Below, in pieces: positions 1-11,031 of a DNA stretch of 64,000 bases. Source of the stretch: an uncultured Acidobacteriota bacterium (GTDB lineage Bacteria > Acidobacteriota > Terriglobia > Acidiferrales > UBA7541); assembly GCA_963823935.1 (NCBI GenBank), contig CAWGNM010000011.1:34724-98723 (forward strand), in the 5' to 3' direction. Under the pieces are notes generated by a model that did no database searches, was not told the origin of the DNA, and was given only the letters and a program-made list of their open reading frames with translations. The first letter of the stretch is position 1, and every line of letters starts with the position of its first letter. Both the position numbers and the translations under genes were made by a program.

Positions 1-1
1 C

Positions 2-1179
2 ACCGAAGACAAAGGCCGCGACAAAGACGGCAAGCCCAAAGACAATTTCACGCCGGGCTACGAACTGCGCGCCAAGGTCACCGTGCTCGCGGAAGGGCCG
101 CGCGGCTCGCTGACCAAGGAGCTCGTCGCGCGAGAAAAATCTCGACGGCCTGAATCCGCAGGTTTACAGCATCGGCGTCAAGGAGCTGTGGGAAGTTCCG
201 CCGGGCCGCATCAGCCCGGGCTGGGTGGCCCACACGCTGGGCTGGCCGCTCGATTCCAGCATGTACGGCGGCGGCTGGATCTACGGCCTGCGCGAGAACC
301 GCGTCTCGCTCGGCTTGGTCACCGGCCTCGAATACCACAATCCGCGATTCGATCCGCACGAAGCCTTCCAGCAATTCAAGACGCATCCCTTCGTGCGCCG
401 CATTCTGGAAGGCGGCAAGCTGGTGCGCTACGGCGCGAAGACCGTGCCCGTCGGCGGCTGGTATTCCATGCCGCGGACGTATTTGGACGGCTGCCTGATC
501 ATCGGCGATTCCGCGAGCCTGCTGAATTCCCAGCGGCTGAAGGGCATTCACATGGCCATCAAGAGCGGGATGCTTGCCGCCGAGACGATTCTGGACGCCC
601 TGCGCGCGGGCGATACTTCCGCCGCCAAGCTATCCGCGTTTCGCCGCAAAGTGGACGAGAGCTGGATCGCGAGCGAACTGCGCGCCGTGCGCAATTTCCA
701 TCAATCGTTTCAGCACGGCCTGTGGATCGGTCTCGCGCAAGCCGCAGTGCAATTTGTCACCGGCGGCCGCGGCTTGATCGATCCCATGCGCATGCCGGCC
801 GGTTACACGGAGTATCACAAGCTCGACGGCGCCGGGTCCGGCGCCCCCGCGTTTTCAGGGCGACGGCGTGCTCACCTTCGACCGCCTGACCGACGTCTAT
901 CATTCCGGCACTCGCCACGAAGAGGATCAGCCCTGCCATCTGCACGTCCTCGATCCCAGCATCTGCGTCGGCCGCTGCGTGGCCGAATACGGCAATCCCT
1001 GCCAATATTTTTGTCCCGCGGCGGTCTACGAAATGGTGGAAGACAAAGGCGGGCGGCGGCTGAAGATCAACGTCTCGAATTGCGTTCACTGCAAGACCTG
1101 CGACATCGCCGACCCGTACCAGATCATCGACTGGGTGCCGCCCGAGGGCGGCGGCGGGCCCAACTACGAAGGCATGTAG
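2..1179 (+). pseudogene. electron-transfer flavoprotein:ubiquinone oxidoreductase (ETF-QO), 5' end outside window; frame broken twice
   Basis: Three successive frames read AKVTVLAEGPRGSLTKELVA / NLDGLNPQVYSIGVKELWEVPPGRISPGWVAHTLGWPL...IGDSASLLNSQRLKGIHMAIKSGMLAAE / [30 protein letters not shown]...[32 protein letters not shown]. The last piece is the ETF-QO 4Fe-4S C-terminus. Frame changes lie near 130 (A5 run) and near 845 (C5 run). Confidence 0.85.
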
Positions 1180-1206
1180 CGCGGTAAATCCCTGCCGCCG
1201 CCGCAT

Positions 1207-3663
1207 TCACGGAAGCATCCCGAAAACCGAAAGCTCGTTTTGCGTTCCCACGAACACCATCCCGTTGGCCACCGTGGGCACTGCAAACTTCACCGCCAGC
1301 CCGGCCGCGCCGCTCCCGCTCGCGGGACTGGCGAACAGTTCGCTGCCTAAATTCGTGGCGTCGTAAGCGTGCAAAATCGCGGGCGAGGATGTGCCCGCCG
1401 CGCCGGCATATCCGCTATTGTCGAGCGCCCAGACGATGCCATTCGAGGTTCCGATCGACGAGATCGCCGGCGAAACGCCATAGGTGTTGAAGACCTCGGG
1501 CGATTGCGAGCTTGGCCCTGGGCATGACGGCGAGCTAAAGCTGCCGTTCACCACGGGAAATGCCGCCAGCGTGCCGCCCGCGGCGGCCACGTAAATGGTG
1601 GGTGTGCCGTTGCTATTCCAATACGCAGGCGTGCCCGTAAGCGAAGCCGACGCGCCGAAACAAATCGTCCCCAGCGCGCCGTCTTTCGTTAAATTATTTC
1701 GATCCAGCAAATAGAGGCTGCCCGCCTGGCTTCCGGCGATGGCCAGATTCGGATGCGCCGCGCTGCCTGCCGCGGCCGGCAAAAGCAGCACGCCATCGGT
1801 ACCGAGAAGCTGTATGCCCGGGGCCGGCGGCGTGAAGCGATCCGCCACCGTTAAGCCCGAGCTCGCGTTCAGGCGCAGCAGGCTTTCGGCAGTGTCGGTG
1901 CCGCCCGTTCCGGCGTCAAACGTGCCATCCGACGTGGCGACAAAAATATTTCCGTTGCCGTCGTACGAGGGCGCGGCGCCGCTCTCCCCGATTCCGCCGC
2001 GGGAGCCATTGGGCGTGCTATTGAAAACAGCCGCGGGAGCCTAGAGTCAGGTTCGCGGCATTGTAGGCCAATAGCCAGCCATGAACCGGGTCGGTGTCCT
2101 CGTAAGAATCGAAGGCCGCATAAACATTTCCCGCCCGCCAGCAGCAGCGCCGAGCGTTGATTTTCGTGCAGCGGGTCGAAAGAAACCTGGCCGGATTGCG
2201 TGCCGTCTCCGCTGCCGCTTACTTTCGCTTGGATCACCACCGGCGCGCCGAATTTCTCCGCGCCCGTGGTCAGATCGAGCGCGTGCACCCTCTGCACGTA
2301 GGCGCCGTTTTCCTCCGTCTTGGCCACCACATAGAGCGTGGCCGTCGCCGGGTCGATCACAGGCGTCCCGGTGATCCCGATCTCCGGCACAATGTCCTGC
2401 TGCTGGCCGAGATCGGAGGCCGGCACCGAGGTTACGCCCGCGGCCGGATCGATAAAGCTCGCCTGCCACAGCACTTCGCACGAGTCCGCGTCCGCGTCGA
2501 ACGCATACACGCTGTCGTTTTCGGTAGCGACATAGACCACATCGAAAGTTCCCTGATTGGGAATCGCCACACTGGAGACATACAGCGGCTGGGCATAGAT
2601 CTGTCCGTCAACAGGGCAGCCGTACAATTTCCCAAATTGCCCGCCACTCACGTTCGATACCGTAAGAGTAGACTTCCTGCGTGTTCTGCCCCGTCAGGCT
2701 GTCGTCATTTCTCCAGGAATACACGCCGGTAAAGGAGCCCGGCGCGACGATGGTCACGCCCGCCGCCGCCATTACGGGAGGGTTCGTTTGCAGCACGGCG
2801 GTGACGGTTACGTTTGCGTCGCTGGGAACATTTCCCGGCGCGGTATAGCTTCCCGAAGGAGTGATGGTCCCGATGGCCTCATTCCCGTCGTCGGGGGGAG
2901 CGCTCACTTGCCAGACCACGCCCGCGCTGGAGTTCTGCACCGTGGCGGCAAATTGCAGCACTTGGTTCGTCGCCAAATTTGCCGTGCTGGGAGAGATGCT
3001 TATGCTCACCGAAGGAGCGACGATCGTTACGCTCGTGCTTCCCGATATCGCCGAATTGGTTGCCAGCAGCGCCGTGATCGTCGCCACGGAAGGATTGGGA
3101 ATGCGGCTGGGCGCGGTATAGAAACCCGATGAGCTCACCGTCCCGAAGGTGGAGTTTCCGCCATCGACGTTGTTCACCTCCCAGATCACGGCCTGCGGCC
3201 CGTTTTGAACGGCGGCACTGAACTGCAGGGATGTTCCCTCAGCGACATTCGCGTTTGTTGGAGTAATGCTGATCTGTGCGGAGGATGGCGGGCTGACTGT
3301 GACCGTGGCGGAGCCATTGGTCGCGCCATCCGCTTGCAGAACGGCGGAGACCGTAAACGTCGCGGTAGCCGCCACGCTCGCGGGAGCCAGATAGGACGCC
3401 GTGGCCGCGCCCGCGGGCGCGATGGTGCCGACGGCGGAGTTGCCGCCGGGGATCCCATTCACCTGCCAAGTGACCGCCGGATTCGATGTATTTTCCACGG
3501 TCACAACGAACTGGACGTTTCCTCCCACCGAAAGTTGGGCTGAGGAGGGAGAGATCGTGACGCTGGCGACTGGTGGGGGATCCGCAAGAGCGGCGCTTGT
3601 TGTGGTTTTTCCGCCGCAGGCCACTTGCTGTGTGATGGCGATCAGCGCCAGCCATCTCGCCAT
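1207..3663 (-). pseudogene. secreted/lipoprotein-like protein with four Big_2-type Ig-like repeats and a PQQ-like beta-propeller; frame broken about three times
   Basis: N-terminus MARWLALIAITQQVACGG is signal/lipobox-like. Four repeats follow of the type ISP..A.L..G..LQF.A.V.N...V.W.VN..GGN..GTI...G.YTAP. The downstream pieces read VYVATENDSVYAFDADADSCEVLW, LYVVAKTEENGAYVQRVHALDLTTGAEKFG, NGNIFVATSDGTFDAG, GSLYLLDRNNL, IVWALDNSG, LHAYDATNLGSELF and ANGMVFVGT, which look like propeller blades. Frame changes lie near 2655, 2140 and 2045. Confidence 0.7.
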
Positions 3664-3921
3664 GGCGCGGACCCGCGCCCGCGGGAAACGCCTGCGTACC
3701 AGGGGATAGGCAGGTGTCCTAGCTGGGGCCCGGACGGACTTCCTGGCTGCCGCCATACGAACCTCGTAACGACCCGGTTCGTAATTCGCCGATTAATAGC
3801 CCTCTAAGAGGTGGCGGGAAACTACCACCTGCAGCGAAGTGTTGTCAACTAGCGAAGCGTGTGAACGAGAGCCCATTAATGAACTTGCTGCGGCGCCTTT
3901 CGGGTTGATTGCCCTGCGCCG

Positions 3922-4620
3922 TTACTTCTTGCCAGCCTGCCGCTTTCGCTTCTTCGGTTGCCGTTTCTTAGGCCGGGACTTCTTTTGCCCTGCCTGGCGC
4001 TTGGCTCTTTTGCGCTCCGCGCGCAGAACGAAGTGGTAGCGCAGCGGCTCGAGAGAGATAGCCTCGAACCCTGACTTGCCGAGACGCGCGAGCGCTTCCT
4101 CCGCAGTATGGGTGTGGTCCTTTGGCGGCCCGATGGGGCGATCGACGGCGCTATTCCAATCGACGATCAAAAGCCATCCTTGCGGCTTGAGCAAGCGCGA
4201 CATCCCGCGCAGCGTCGCGTCTCCCACTTCATGCAAGACGTTCATGGCCAAAATTCGATCCGCGGCGCCTTCCAGGGAATCGATTTCGTCCACGAGCATG
4301 GGCTGTACGTTGGTCAACTGTTGCGCCGCCGGCTTGGCTTTCAGCAGCTCGAGCATCTCCGGCTGCTCGTCGAGGGCGATTACCTTCAGGTCCGGACGGC
4401 GCTGAGCCAGTTCAATCGAAAATCTTCCCGTGCCCGCGCCGAAATCGACCACCAGCCCGCCTTGCGGCGGATCGAGATGCGCGAAGATGCGCTCCGGCGG
4501 CAGATAATCGAATCGGTCTGGGCTATCGAGGAGCGCCGCGCGGGCCGGATTGAAGACTTCAGGTTGTTTCGCGCCGTGCCTGGAGTCGCGATGCCGTCGT
4601 TTGTGCGAGGGTTTTTTCAT
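3922..4620 (-). CDS. class I SAM-dependent methyltransferase with poly-basic N- and C-terminal tails
   Basis: Intact 232-aa ORF. The SAM-binding motif I is VVDFGAGTGRFS and the post-I motif is KVIALDEQPEM. The C-terminal 33 aa are RAERKRAKRQAGQKKSRPKKRQPKKRKRQAGKK. Confidence 0.8.
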   Translation of the reverse strand: MKKPSHKRRHRDSRHGAKQPEVFNPARAALLDSPDRFDYLPPERIFAHLDPPQGGLVVDFGAGTGRFSIELAQRRPDLKVIALDEQPEMLELLKAKPAAQQLTNVQPMLVDEIDSLEGAADRILAMNVLHEVGDATLRGMSRLLKPQGWLLIVDWNSAVDRPIGPPKDHTHTAEEALARLGKSGFEAISLEPLRYHFVLRAERKRAKRQAGQKKSRPKKRQPKKRKRQAGKK

Positions 4621-4822
4621 GGCGGTTGCCTAGTGTACGCCAGAAAGTAATTCGTGCACTCAGGTAGCGTTGGCCCTTTCGTCCGCGCTCCCGGGAGTTG
4701 CGTGCTCGGGCTTTGCGTCGGCGGCATGGGAGTCTGTAGACTTCCTGTTTGCGGGTTTGCCGCAGTCGCTGGAATTGCGTGCGGCTATGGAGAGTGTAAC
4801 GGAGGCGTTCGGTGAGTGAGAA

Positions 4823-5694
4823 ATGCTGAACATCAAGAAGATTCTGCTGCCAGTCGATTTCGAGCGCCCCGGTTTGAGTGTGGTTCACCAGGCGGCAACG
4901 CTCGCTCGCCGGTTTCATTCCGAAGTGATTTTGCTCCACGCGGTGACGCCGCTCAGCTATTCCGCCGGCGATCTGCCAGGAGCCTACGTGCCGGCGAGCC
5001 GGGACGATTTGCTCGCCGAACTCATTCGCCAGGCCGAGAGACAGCTGGAGCGGTGCCTGAAGCCGGAGCTGGAAGGGTTGAAGGTGGAGCGCCTGCTGCG
5101 GAAAGGCGATCCATCTCTCGAAATTGTGAAGGCCGCTCGCGAACAGGCGGCGGACCTCATCGTGATGCCCACCCATGGTTACGGGCCTTTCCGGCGTTTT
5201 CTGCTCGGTTCGGTCACGGCCAAGGTTTTGCAAGATAGAGACTGCCCGGGATGGAAGGGGCGCAATCAGAAGAAAAGGCCCCCGGCGCGTTCGAGATTCG
5301 CAAAATTATTTGCGCCATCGATTTGAGCGAGCACAGCCGGAACACCATGTCCTGGGCGGCCCAAATGGCCGGGGAATTTGGCGCCCAACTCATACTCGCC
5401 CACATCGTCGCCGAGCCGGACGTCTATAGCTCCGTCGAGCCCCACGACAAAGCGGAATGGCAGAAAGCGCTCGTTTCCTCCGCGGCCAAACGAATCGCTG
5501 AAATTCAGCGGGAAGTGGGTCTCAGCGCGCCGGTCTTCATCGGCAGCGGCGACATACCGGATGCGCTCAGCCGGACAGCGCTGGAGCAAAAAGCGGACTT
5601 GCTGGTGATCGGCCGCAATCCCTCCGCCGGACACCTTCGCGGCACGGGCTACGGACTTATTCGCGAATCGCGCCTGCCGGTGCTGAGCGTGTGA
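4823..5694 (+). pseudogene. tandem universal stress protein (two UspA domains); one frame break
   Basis: Domain 1 reads ILLPVDFE...ILLHAV...DLIVMPTHGYGPFRRFLLGSVTAKVLQDRDCP. Domain 2 reads ICAIDLSEHS...LILAHIV...DLLVIGRNPSAGHLRGTGYGLIRESRLPVLSV. The two ORFs (4823 frame and 5251 frame) join near 5245. Confidence 0.8.
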
Positions 5695-5759
5695 ATCATG
5701 GACACTCTGTGGCTCGGGCTGGCCCCGAACCGTGCAGGGATCCTGCGGCTCTCTGGCGT

Positions 5760-6089
5760 TCAGCGGTTGCCGAAATTTTCCGGGTCGAAGTCGGGGCCGG
5801 GCTGTGCGCCGCCCGCGTCCGAGGTTAGGACAACGCTCTGGCCGGTGAGTTCAAAGCGCTTGCGGCAGCGGATATTGCGGCAGGCGACCATCTCGTCGAC
5901 GCGCACCATATAGGAGCGCGCGTTGGCGAAGCGCCGGCGGTCCTCCTCGCCCGCGCCGCGCGGCAGCTCCTTCTTCTTGGTGCGCACCATCCAGCGAATG
6001 GGATAGGAACCTTCCTGGCGGCAATGCGGGCACACCAGGGTCAGATTCTTCGTCTCCTGGCGCTCGATGTAAAACTGTCGCTCGTCCAT
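5760..6089 (-). CDS. small hypothetical protein with a four-Cys zinc-ribbon-like pattern
   Basis: Intact 109-aa ORF with CPHC...CRNIRC. It sits in a gap between flanking genes, and the codon third positions are GC-rich like the neighbours. I recognise no family. Confidence 0.5.
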   Translation of the reverse strand: MDERQFYIERQETKNLTLVCPHCRQEGSYPIRWMVRTKKKELPRGAGEEDRRRFANARSYMVRVDEMVACRNIRCRKRFELTGQSVVLTSDAGGAQPGPDFDPENFGNR

Positions 6090-6149
6090 TTAGTCCTGGC
6101 TCCCGCCCGGCACGCTCGAAATTCCTGCCGCGCGATTCCTGTTGCGATG

Positions 6150-6992
6150 TCAGCTCCGGGCGCTCTCGCGCGGCTCGGTGAGCTGGCTCATTGTAACAAA
6201 CTCGAAACCGGCGTCGCGCCAGCGGGGTAGCCAGTGTTCGAGCGCGGCCAGCACGTGTTCACGCTGGGCTCCCTGCTGGCGGAAATTGCCGTCGTGCAGC
6301 AGAACGATTTCGCCGCCGCGTTTCTCCCTCGGCTCGTTCGAGCCTGCGTTCGAGTTGGGACGTCGGCCTTCGGGCTCGTACTTCAATTTTGCGCCGCTTC
6401 GCTTGCTCACCGCGCCCAGCCGTTCGATGAGCCGCGGCGCGGAATGGTGCCGCCAATCGTAAGAACCGAGCGACCACATGGCCACCGACCGTAGGCCCGC
6501 CGAGCGCACCGCGCTCCAAAGTTGCGGGCCACGATAACCAAAGGGAGGGCGCATGCAGAAGGGCACGGCTTCTGGCCCGCAGCGCAAGCCTCGGAAAATA
6601 CTGTCTTGGCAGGCCTGCAACTCTTCGGCGATCCGCCACGCCGGCATCCAGGCCAGGTTGGGATGCGTTTCGGTGTGATTGCCTAACGTGTGTCCACGGT
6701 CGGAAATCTCCCGCACCAATTCCGGGCAGGCCCGCGCGAAGCGGCCTACCAGGAAAAAAGTTGCCGGCGCGCCGTAGCGCTCCAGCAGGGTAAGAAGCTG
6801 TGGCGTACAGGCGGGATTAGGGCCATCGTCAAACGTGAGCGCGATAGTGGATGCGTCCAGTGTGTGGTGCACCGCGGGGCCAAAAATCTCGGAGGTGGGA
6901 TACACCGCGGCCCAGGCCGCTACCCCCGCGCCGGCGGCGGCTGCGGCCGAGAGCAAAATGGACCAGGTGTTCGTTGCGTTCATCAGGGCCAT
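6150..6992 (-). CDS. polysaccharide deacetylase (NodB homology domain) family protein
   Basis: Reads TFDDGPNPACTPQLL..YGAPATFFLVG...GHTLGNHTETHP...RPPFGY...LLHDG. I start at the internal MALMNATNTW, which precedes a hydrophobic segment. The 5' part of the long ORF (to 7142) looks non-coding. Confidence 0.8.
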   Translation of the reverse strand: MALMNATNTWSILLSAAAAAGAGVAAWAAVYPTSEIFGPAVHHTLDASTIALTFDDGPNPACTPQLLTLLERYGAPATFFLVGRFARACPELVREISDRGHTLGNHTETHPNLAWMPAWRIAEELQACQDSIFRGLRCGPEAVPFCMRPPFGYRGPQLWSAVRSAGLRSVAMWSLGSYDWRHHSAPRLIERLGAVSKRSGAKLKYEPEGRRPNSNAGSNEPREKRGGEIVLLHDGNFRQQGAQREHVLAALEHWLPRWRDAGFEFVTMSQLTEPRESARS

Positions 6993-7292
6993 TCGGGCGC
7001 GGGCGCATTGTCGCACGCACCTGCGCGCCGGGCCAGGGTAACTATTCTTCGGAACCTCGCGTCTAAAACTGTGCGTCGAGTGGGAAGCGCAAATCGCGCC
7101 GATTTTTGGGCGCGGCCCCGGGCGCATCGAGCGGCGAGGCATTCGCGAAACACACGGCCTAGGGAGCCGATGCCTTCGCCGCCGCCCGGAAAATCTGGCC
7201 CGCCGGCTGTTATAAAAGTGGGTGTTGTTGTAAAAATTGACGCCTTAAGTCCTAATCGCCAGGTCAGAGGGTTCTGTCTCTTGCGGAAAAAC

Positions 7293-10200
7293 ATGACTGT
7301 CCGGCTTGGCTTCGCGGCGTCGCTTCTGCTTCTTTTCCTTTTTCTCTCATCCGCGTTTCGCCTAGGCGCGCAAGACGCGCCCGCGTCGCCGCAAGCTCCG
7401 CCTACCGGGACGGCCACCGGAGTCGTGCGAACTTCCGAAGGCGTGGGCGTTCCCGGCGCGACTTTGCGCCTGGTGGAAACGGCCACTGGACGCGCCTGGG
7501 TCACTTGGACGGACGAAAACGGCCACTTCGATCTGCCGGCCTTGCCGCAAGGCCACTACCGCATTGAAGTCAGCCAACTAGGATTCGATAACGCCACTCA
7601 GGAGTTCGATCTGGGCGGCACGCCGGCCGCCGTCAATGTGCCGCTCAAGGTGGCATCCCTGCAAAGCCTGGAGACAACGCCGCCGCCGTCGCCCGCGACT
7701 GCGCCGAATGCCGCTCCTGCCGCCGGCGCCGCAGCTTCCGGCAACGCCAGCCAGAACTCCGCGGCGCCAAATTCAAACACTCCGGCTCCCAATCAAGTTG
7801 CGAGTCAAAATCCCCGGCGAGGTCGAGGACAGGGTTACGGCGAAGGCGCAGGCGCGCGCGGGGGCGGATTCGGGCGCAGGCAATTTCCCGGCGGTGGCGC
7901 CGCACCCGGCGCAGGCCAGAATGGTGCGGCGGCGCAGGCCGGATCGACCGCCAGATCGACAACTGGACCAGCAGGCGCGCCAGCCGGGCAGGGCGGGGCC
8001 TTTCAACAAGTGATTCTCAACAATCAGAACCTGGCGGCGGGCGAGGAAGAGCCCGGGCTGGGAGCGGAGGGTGGAGCACCGAATGAAGGAGCGCTGGGGC
8101 AGGCTGCCTCCTCCGACGCAGTCCTGATGAACGGCACCGTGGGCCAGGGAGATCAGAACGCCGGTTTCGCGGGAGCGCCGCCGCCGGGTGGAATCCAGTT
8201 GCAAGGTCCCGGCCAGGCGGGCCAGAACGGCTTTGGAGGCACGGGTGGTAACTTCCAGGGCGGAGTGCCCAGCGCGCAGCCTGGAGGCGCAGCTACCCCC
8301 GGTCTTCCCGGCGGCGGTTTTGGGGGACCTGGTGGATTCGGCGGAGGTGGAGGCGGAGGCGGGGGAGGCGGACGCGGCGGCGCGCCCGCGGCAGCGTTTC
8401 GAGGAGGCGGGGGTGGAGGGCGGCAGGGCCAGGCAGCACGCCCTGGGCCGCAGGGCGTGGCAGCGCTTTGGGGCATGCAGCGCGTCATCCGGCAGAGGAT
8501 CAACCGCGTGCGCGCCAGCTTCTACAATCAATACGGCAACTCCGCATTTGACGCCAAGCCATATTCCATCACCCAAGCGAATCCGCCCAAGATCGGAGCC
8601 TGGACCGAACAGATCGGCGGCAATCTGGGCGGCCCGCTGGTGATTCCTCACCTCTACGACGGCCGCGACAAAACATTTTTCTTTGTCAATTTCGATAGCA
8701 CCTGGGCGCGCAATGCGGTGGATCAATTTTCGACCGTGCCCACGGCGGCGGAACGCCAGGGAAATTTCTGCGGCCTCAGTCCCCAGCCGCAGCTCTATCT
8801 TCCCAATTCCGGGGGCGTTGCCGTGTGCCAGATTCCTTCTTCCATGCTCAATTCCGCCTCCCTCGGGCTGCTGCAATATATTCCCCTGCCCAACGTTCCC
8901 GGCCTGGTGGATAACTTCCATCTGCAAACGAGCGTTCCCACCCAGCAGGATCGCTTCAACGCCCGCCTTCTGCAGACCATCTCGCCGAAATTGAACGCGC
9001 GCTTGATCTACGCCCTCAGCGATTCCAGCAATCACGCCTTTCAATCTTTTCCGGATCTCGAGAGCGACGTCTCCACGCTTCGGCCAGTCCGTGACCGCCG
9101 GCCTCACCGAAAATTTATCGCGCCAATGGATCAACGATTCGCAATTAATTTTCTCGCGCAACCGCGTGCAGACCCTGGACAACTTCGCCTACTCGCAGAA
9201 CGTCGCCGGCGCGCTGGGAATTACCGGAGTTTCTGCGGCGCCCATCGACTGGGAACTCCCGTCGCTTAGCTTTAACAACTTCACGCGTGTGACCCCGGCT
9301 GCGCCTTCCCTGGTGCGGAATCAGTCCTATCGCTTCGTCGATGCGGTTACCTACATGCTCCCCAAGCATACGTTGACGTTTGGGGCGGAAGTTCGGCGCA
9401 TCGAGAACAATACCGATTCCGACCAAACGCCCGAAGGCCTGTTCACCTTCAGCGGGCTCGAGACTGCTCTCGTCGGCCCCAACGGCCAGGCCGTCTCCGG
9501 CACGGGCCTGGATTTCGCGGACTTTCTGCTCGGCGATCCCTACTCCACGAACGAACGCTTTGGAACTCCCAGCTCCTATTTCCGCAGCTGGGGCACCGTT
9601 GGCTACGTCAGCGACGATTGGCGGGCGCGTTCCGATTTCACGCTGCAGTTCGGCGCGCGGTACGAATTCTTCACCCCGCCCACCGAGCTCTACGGCCATC
9701 TATCGAATCTGGACTACGACCCGGCTGCTCAGCAGGTTGCGCTGGTGATTCCGGGCGAGGCCGGACCCTTTAGCGGCGCGCTTCCCAGCGGGCTCATCCG
9801 CCCTGACTACAATCACTGGTCGCCGCGTATCGGACTGGCTTGGAGACCGCCGATCAAATCGCTGCAGGCCAACCACAGCATGGTGGTGCGCGCGGGATAT
9901 GGCCTCTTCTACAACGAGTCCATCTATACCCAACTGCTTTCCGAGTTGGCCAACCAGCCGCCCTGGTCTAACTCCCAACTGCGCATCACCAGCCCCGGCG
10001 ATCTCCTCACGCTGCAAGACGGCTTTCCCTCCACCGTTGCGGCCCAAAACACGGTGCAAAATACCTATGCCGTGAATCCCAACTACAAAGTGGGATACGC
10101 GCAGATCTGGAATCTGTCGGTAGAGACGAACATCGCCCCTAATACCGCTCTCGTGCTCACCTACACGGGAACCAAAGGCAGCGATCTCGATATGCTATTC

Positions 10201-11020
10201 GCGCCAAACCGCCCCGCGCCCGGAAGCCTCACGCCCGCCGGGCCCATCGCCAATGCCGCCGACTTCATCTACGACACTTCGGGAGCGAATTCGATCTACA
10301 ACTCGCTGCAAGTCCGGCTGCAGAAGCGCCTCACGCACGGAATCATGATCAACGGCACCTACACGTATGCGAAATCGATGGACGATGCCAGTTCGATTGG
10401 CGGCGGCACGCCCATCGTGGTGCAGGACGCCAACAATTTGCGGGCCGAGTACGGCCTTTCCTCTTTCGATATTCGCCAGCAGGCGCGCATCAACTATCTT
10501 TACGAATTGCCGTTCGGGCAGGGCCATCGCTTCGCGCAAAAAGGATGGGTCGGCGGCCTCTTTGGCGATTGGCGCTTCAGCGGGAATATCGGCGCGCAGA
10601 CCGGCACGCCCTTTACCGCCGAAGTATTGGGCACTTCGGCGGGGAACACCGGCAGTGGCGGCGTCTTCGCCACTCGCGCCGACCAGATTTGCAATCCCAA
10701 TGCCGGCGGCAGCGGCGCGCCCCTGGATTTCTTCAATACTTCCTGCTTTGTGGTGCCGCCGGCGGGCCAGCTTGGCGATGCCTCGCGCAACACCATCGAA
10801 GGCCCGGGCATGTTTGTGTGGAATGCGCAATTCGCCAAGACGTTCACGCTGGGCCGGGATCGCCAGCATCGCCTGGATCTGCGCTGGGAGGTTACCAAAC
10901 TTGACCAACACGCCCCATTTTACGGGGCTCTCCACGCTGGTGAACTCCACCACTTTCGGAGAGGTCGCCGGCGCCGGTAACATGCGCATGATGGAAATCG
11001 TGACGCGCTTTACGTTCTGA
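7293..11020 (+). pseudogene. CarboxypepD_reg-domain TonB-dependent-receptor-like outer-membrane beta-barrel with a ~270-aa Gly/Ala/Pro/Gln-rich low-complexity insert; frame broken at least twice
   Basis: Signal peptide MTVRLGFAASLLLLFLFLSSAFRLGAQ. The CarboxypepD_reg module reads GTATGVVRTSEGVGVPGATLRLVETATGRAWVTWTDENGHFDLPALPQGHYRIEVSQLGF. The barrel reads FFFVNFD...YGLFYNES...LVLTYTGTKGSDLD and ends in the terminal-Phe motif NMRMMEIVTRFTF (third frame, stop at 11020). Frame changes lie near 9081 and near 10900. Confidence 0.8.
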
Positions 11021-11031
11021 GAGCCGTGAAT

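Noticed and set aside
6690-7292. A 200-aa N-terminal extension of the barrel gene ORF (6690-9269)
   Set aside because: The extension overlaps the deacetylase gene on the other strand and is Arg/Gly-rich. A clean signal peptide begins at the ATG at 7293.
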